Below are positions 60,183 through 64,000 of a stretch of DNA of 64,000 bases, piece by piece. A program made the position numbers and the translations under genes. Below the pieces are notes generated by a model. That model was given only the letters and a program-made list of their open reading frames with translations. It did not search any database and was not told the origin of the DNA. Origin of the DNA: an uncultured delta proteobacterium (GTDB lineage Bacteria; Myxococcota_A; Polyangia; Haliangiales; Haliangiaceae). The stretch's first letter is position 1, and each line of letters opens with the position of its first letter. The stretch covers positions 928,001 through 992,000 of the forward strand of contig CAWKDB010000010.1 of assembly GCA_963848295.1 (NCBI GenBank). Direction: 5' to 3'.

Positions 60183-62624
60183 TCACGGCACCGCGATGCG
60201 CAGCGCCTTCGCGAGTCGCTCGAGATCGCTCGCGGCACGAGTCGCCGCCGCATCGCCCGCGGCGCCGAGCTCGCGCAACTCGGGCAGTCGCTCGAGCAGG
60301 CGCCAGGTCGCGTTCTGCGCGAACCACAAGTCGGCAGCGCTCTTCATCCGCGTCGCGACCTCGGCGGCGCGCGCGACCGTGTCGAGCGCTTCCGCGTCGA
60401 GACCGAGCGGGCTATGCGGCGCGTGGCCGACCTTTTCGATCAACCGGCGAAGTGAGTCGCTCGCCGCGAGCGCGATCTCTTGGGTGTCGAGGCTGACCTT
60501 GACCTCCGCAGCTTCGGCGAGCTGATGGCGCAGCAACTGGAAGCTCGCATCGTCGCTGCGCATGTTCGCGAGCACGCGCCGGATCAACGTGGCCTCGGCG
60601 ATCGTGTGCAGCACGTCGGGGACCGGGAGCTCGTGTGCGGCGAGCCAGCGGATCAGCGGTGCGTGATGATCGTAGGCATCCCCTAGGTGTTGCTCGGCGC
60701 CATGGATCGCGTCGCCGAGCACCGCTTCGAGCACCGCCTCGCGACTGCCGGGCAGCAGCGCGCCGAGTGACAGCTGGCGCCCCGGAAAATGCCGCTCGAT
60801 CGCGCGTTGCGCTGCGAACACGTCGCCGGTGCGGACCGCGGCCGTCAGCTCTTCGCCGATCTCGAGCCACTCGGCGGGCGCGGGCGGTGGCCTGACGCCA
60901 CCCGTGATGTGCTGATCGCCGAGATACAATCCGGCGAAGCACAGCGGGATCGTCGTCTCGGTCAGCTGAGACTGGACGCAGACGTTGCCCGCGACCATGC
61001 GCGCGCGACCGGAGCGGCGCTCGACGCGATCGACGATCTCGACCATGAAGCCGTGCACCGCGGTCGACGCGGCCGTCACGGGCTGCGACGCGACGAGCGC
61101 TTGCACCGCCACATGCGCGACGACCTTCTCGGCATCGATCCGCGCCGGCGCGACGCGACGCTGCCACACGGCGCGGCCATCGCCCTCTTCCGCGAGGTTC
61201 GAGCGCGCGGCGCTGAGCCGGTCGACGAGCTCGGGCAGCGTCGACTCGCCACCGATCGCCGTCAACAGATCGGCGACCCTCGCCGCATACTGCATGCATT
61301 GCACGGTCTCGATCCCTGAAAGATCGTCGAAGAACCAGCCGCAGCTCGTGTACATCAGCATCGCGTGACGCGCGAGCTCCATCAGCGACAGCGCGCGCAC
61401 GCGTTCGTCCGCGGCGAGCGGATGCGCTTCGTGCTCGGCCAGGAATCGATCGCGCGCCGCGGCGCTGCGCTCGAGCACGACCGCGATGTATGCGTCGCGC
61501 GCGGCCCACGGATCGTGAAACAGCAGGGTCCCGACGCTATCGAGCGCCGCCGCCGCTTGATCCCGCAGCCAATCGAAGGCGTCGCGCAGCGGCCGCCGCC
61601 ACTTCTGATTCCAGGTTGGCTGGCCACCGCTGTTGCAGCCGCAGTCTTCGCGCCAGCGCTCGACGCCGTGGGCGCAGCTCCAACTGGTGTTCTCCGCGAG
61701 CCGGACCTCGTACGTCGCGGGCACGCACGCGCGAAACTCCGCATAGTTCGTGAGCCGCGTGTTGTTCCAGCCGCCCTCGACCTGCGACAGCGCCCACGCG
61801 AGCGCCATGTCGCCATAGCGATGGTGGTGGCCGTAGGTCTCGCCATCGGTCGCGATGTGACACAGCGCCGGGCCTCCGCCCGCGATGTCGCCGCGCGCGG
61901 TCATCCGCGAGATGATCTGGTGACCGTCGGCGAGCAGCCGCTCGAACGCGACCGCCTGCGCCGTCGCGCCATCGTAGAAGAACAGATCGATCGACCGACC
62001 CGAGGGCAGCGCGCAGCGATACGCGCGTCCGGGATCGATCGGCTCGGTGCGCCAATCGCCGCCGGGCGCGCGCCACGCCTTCGCTTGATACGGCGCGAGC
62101 ACGGTGAACGCGATGCCCTCCGCGGCGAGTGCTTCGAGCGACGCGGTGTCGGCCGCGCACTCGGGCAGCCACATGCCCTCGGGCGCACGGCCAAAGCGGT
62201 GGCGAAAATCGGCGATCCCCCAGCGCACCTGGGTCGTGCGATCGCGGGGCGTCGCGAGCGGCATGATCATGTGGTTGTACGCTTGGGCCATCGCCGACCC
62301 GTGGCCGCCGAATCGTTCGCGACTCGCTCGGTCGGCAGCGATCAGCGCGTCGTGAACATCGTGCGCGTGCGCTTCGAGCCACGACATCAGGGTCGGGCCG
62401 ACGTTGAAGCTCATCCGCTGATAGTTGTCGACGATGTTGATGATCAGGCCCTGGCTGTCGACCACGCGCGCCGATGCGTTCGGGCGATAGCACTCGGCCG
62501 TGATCCGCTCGTTCCAATCGCGATACGGGCGCGCACTCGGTTGCGGCTCGATCAGCTCGAGCCACGGGTTCTCCCGGGGCGGCTGGTAGAAGTGCCCGTG
62601 GATGCAGACCCACTTCGCTGACAA
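60183..62624 (-). CDS. Glycoside hydrolase family 57 / DUF3536 protein
   Basis: Motifs HGHFYQPPRENPW, YNHMIMPL, GMWLPE, ATDGETYGHH, SWSCAHGVERW and MYTSCGWFFD. Confidence 0.9.
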   Translation of the reverse strand: MSAKWVCIHGHFYQPPRENPWLELIEPQPSARPYRDWNERITAECYRPNASARVVDSQGLIINIVDNYQRMSFNVGPTLMSWLEAHAHDVHDALIAADRASRERFGGHGSAMAQAYNHMIMPLATPRDRTTQVRWGIADFRHRFGRAPEGMWLPECAADTASLEALAAEGIAFTVLAPYQAKAWRAPGGDWRTEPIDPGRAYRCALPSGRSIDLFFYDGATAQAVAFERLLADGHQIISRMTARGDIAGGGPALCHIATDGETYGHHHRYGDMALAWALSQVEGGWNNTRLTNYAEFRACVPATYEVRLAENTSWSCAHGVERWREDCGCNSGGQPTWNQKWRRPLRDAFDWLRDQAAAALDSVGTLLFHDPWAARDAYIAVVLERSAAARDRFLAEHEAHPLAADERVRALSLMELARHAMLMYTSCGWFFDDLSGIETVQCMQYAARVADLLTAIGGESTLPELVDRLSAARSNLAEEGDGRAVWQRRVAPARIDAEKVVAHVAVQALVASQPVTAASTAVHGFMVEIVDRVERRSGRARMVAGNVCVQSQLTETTIPLCFAGLYLGDQHITGGVRPPPAPAEWLEIGEELTAAVRTGDVFAAQRAIERHFPGRQLSLGALLPGSREAVLEAVLGDAIHGAEQHLGDAYDHHAPLIRWLAAHELPVPDVLHTIAEATLIRRVLANMRSDDASFQLLRHQLAEAAEVKVSLDTQEIALAASDSLRRLIEKVGHAPHSPLGLDAEALDTVARAAEVATRMKSAADLWFAQNATWRLLERLPELRELGAAGDAAATRAASDLERLAKALRIAVP

Positions 62625-62636
62625 GGTCCGTGAACT

Positions 62637-64000
<1,364 letters not shown>

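Overview
This is a very GC-rich, densely coding chromosomal segment. Its gene repertoire points to Myxococcota, possibly Haliangiales/Kofleriaceae (inference from TIGR02266-like PilZ domains, PEGA-domain membrane proteins, several Hsp70 paralogues and a GltD/E-like TPR protein). About 54 CDS can be supported. Housekeeping and metabolic genes include ROK-PMM-manC, proB-proA-rsfS-rlmH, smpB, gloA, hemE, oxyR-ahpC-ahpD, a GH57 and glgB. Transporters include a TolC-MFP-RND pump and two ABC exporters. One IS630 element sits in a CTAG site and splits a HlyD-type adaptor gene. About a dozen single-base indels between 6.3 and 31.6 kb look like sequencing errors rather than pseudogenes. No rRNA, tRNA, tmRNA or CRISPR array was recognised. 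The most interesting elements are: (1) two separate copies of a module pairing a PilZ-like/J-domain/TPR protein with a lid-less Hsp70, one of them behind a membrane pseudokinase; (2) a stand-alone bacterial histone with a Lys-rich N-terminal tail; (3) a 245-bp intergenic region with an 11-bp tandem repeat, three copies of a 26-bp element, long-spacer promoter-like boxes and a candidate sigma54 enhancer, lying between a MerR-VIT/vWA operon and an NtrC-type system; (4) a CydA-like/cytochrome c gene pair split by an unrelated small gene. All family calls come from motif recognition by eye; no database search was run.
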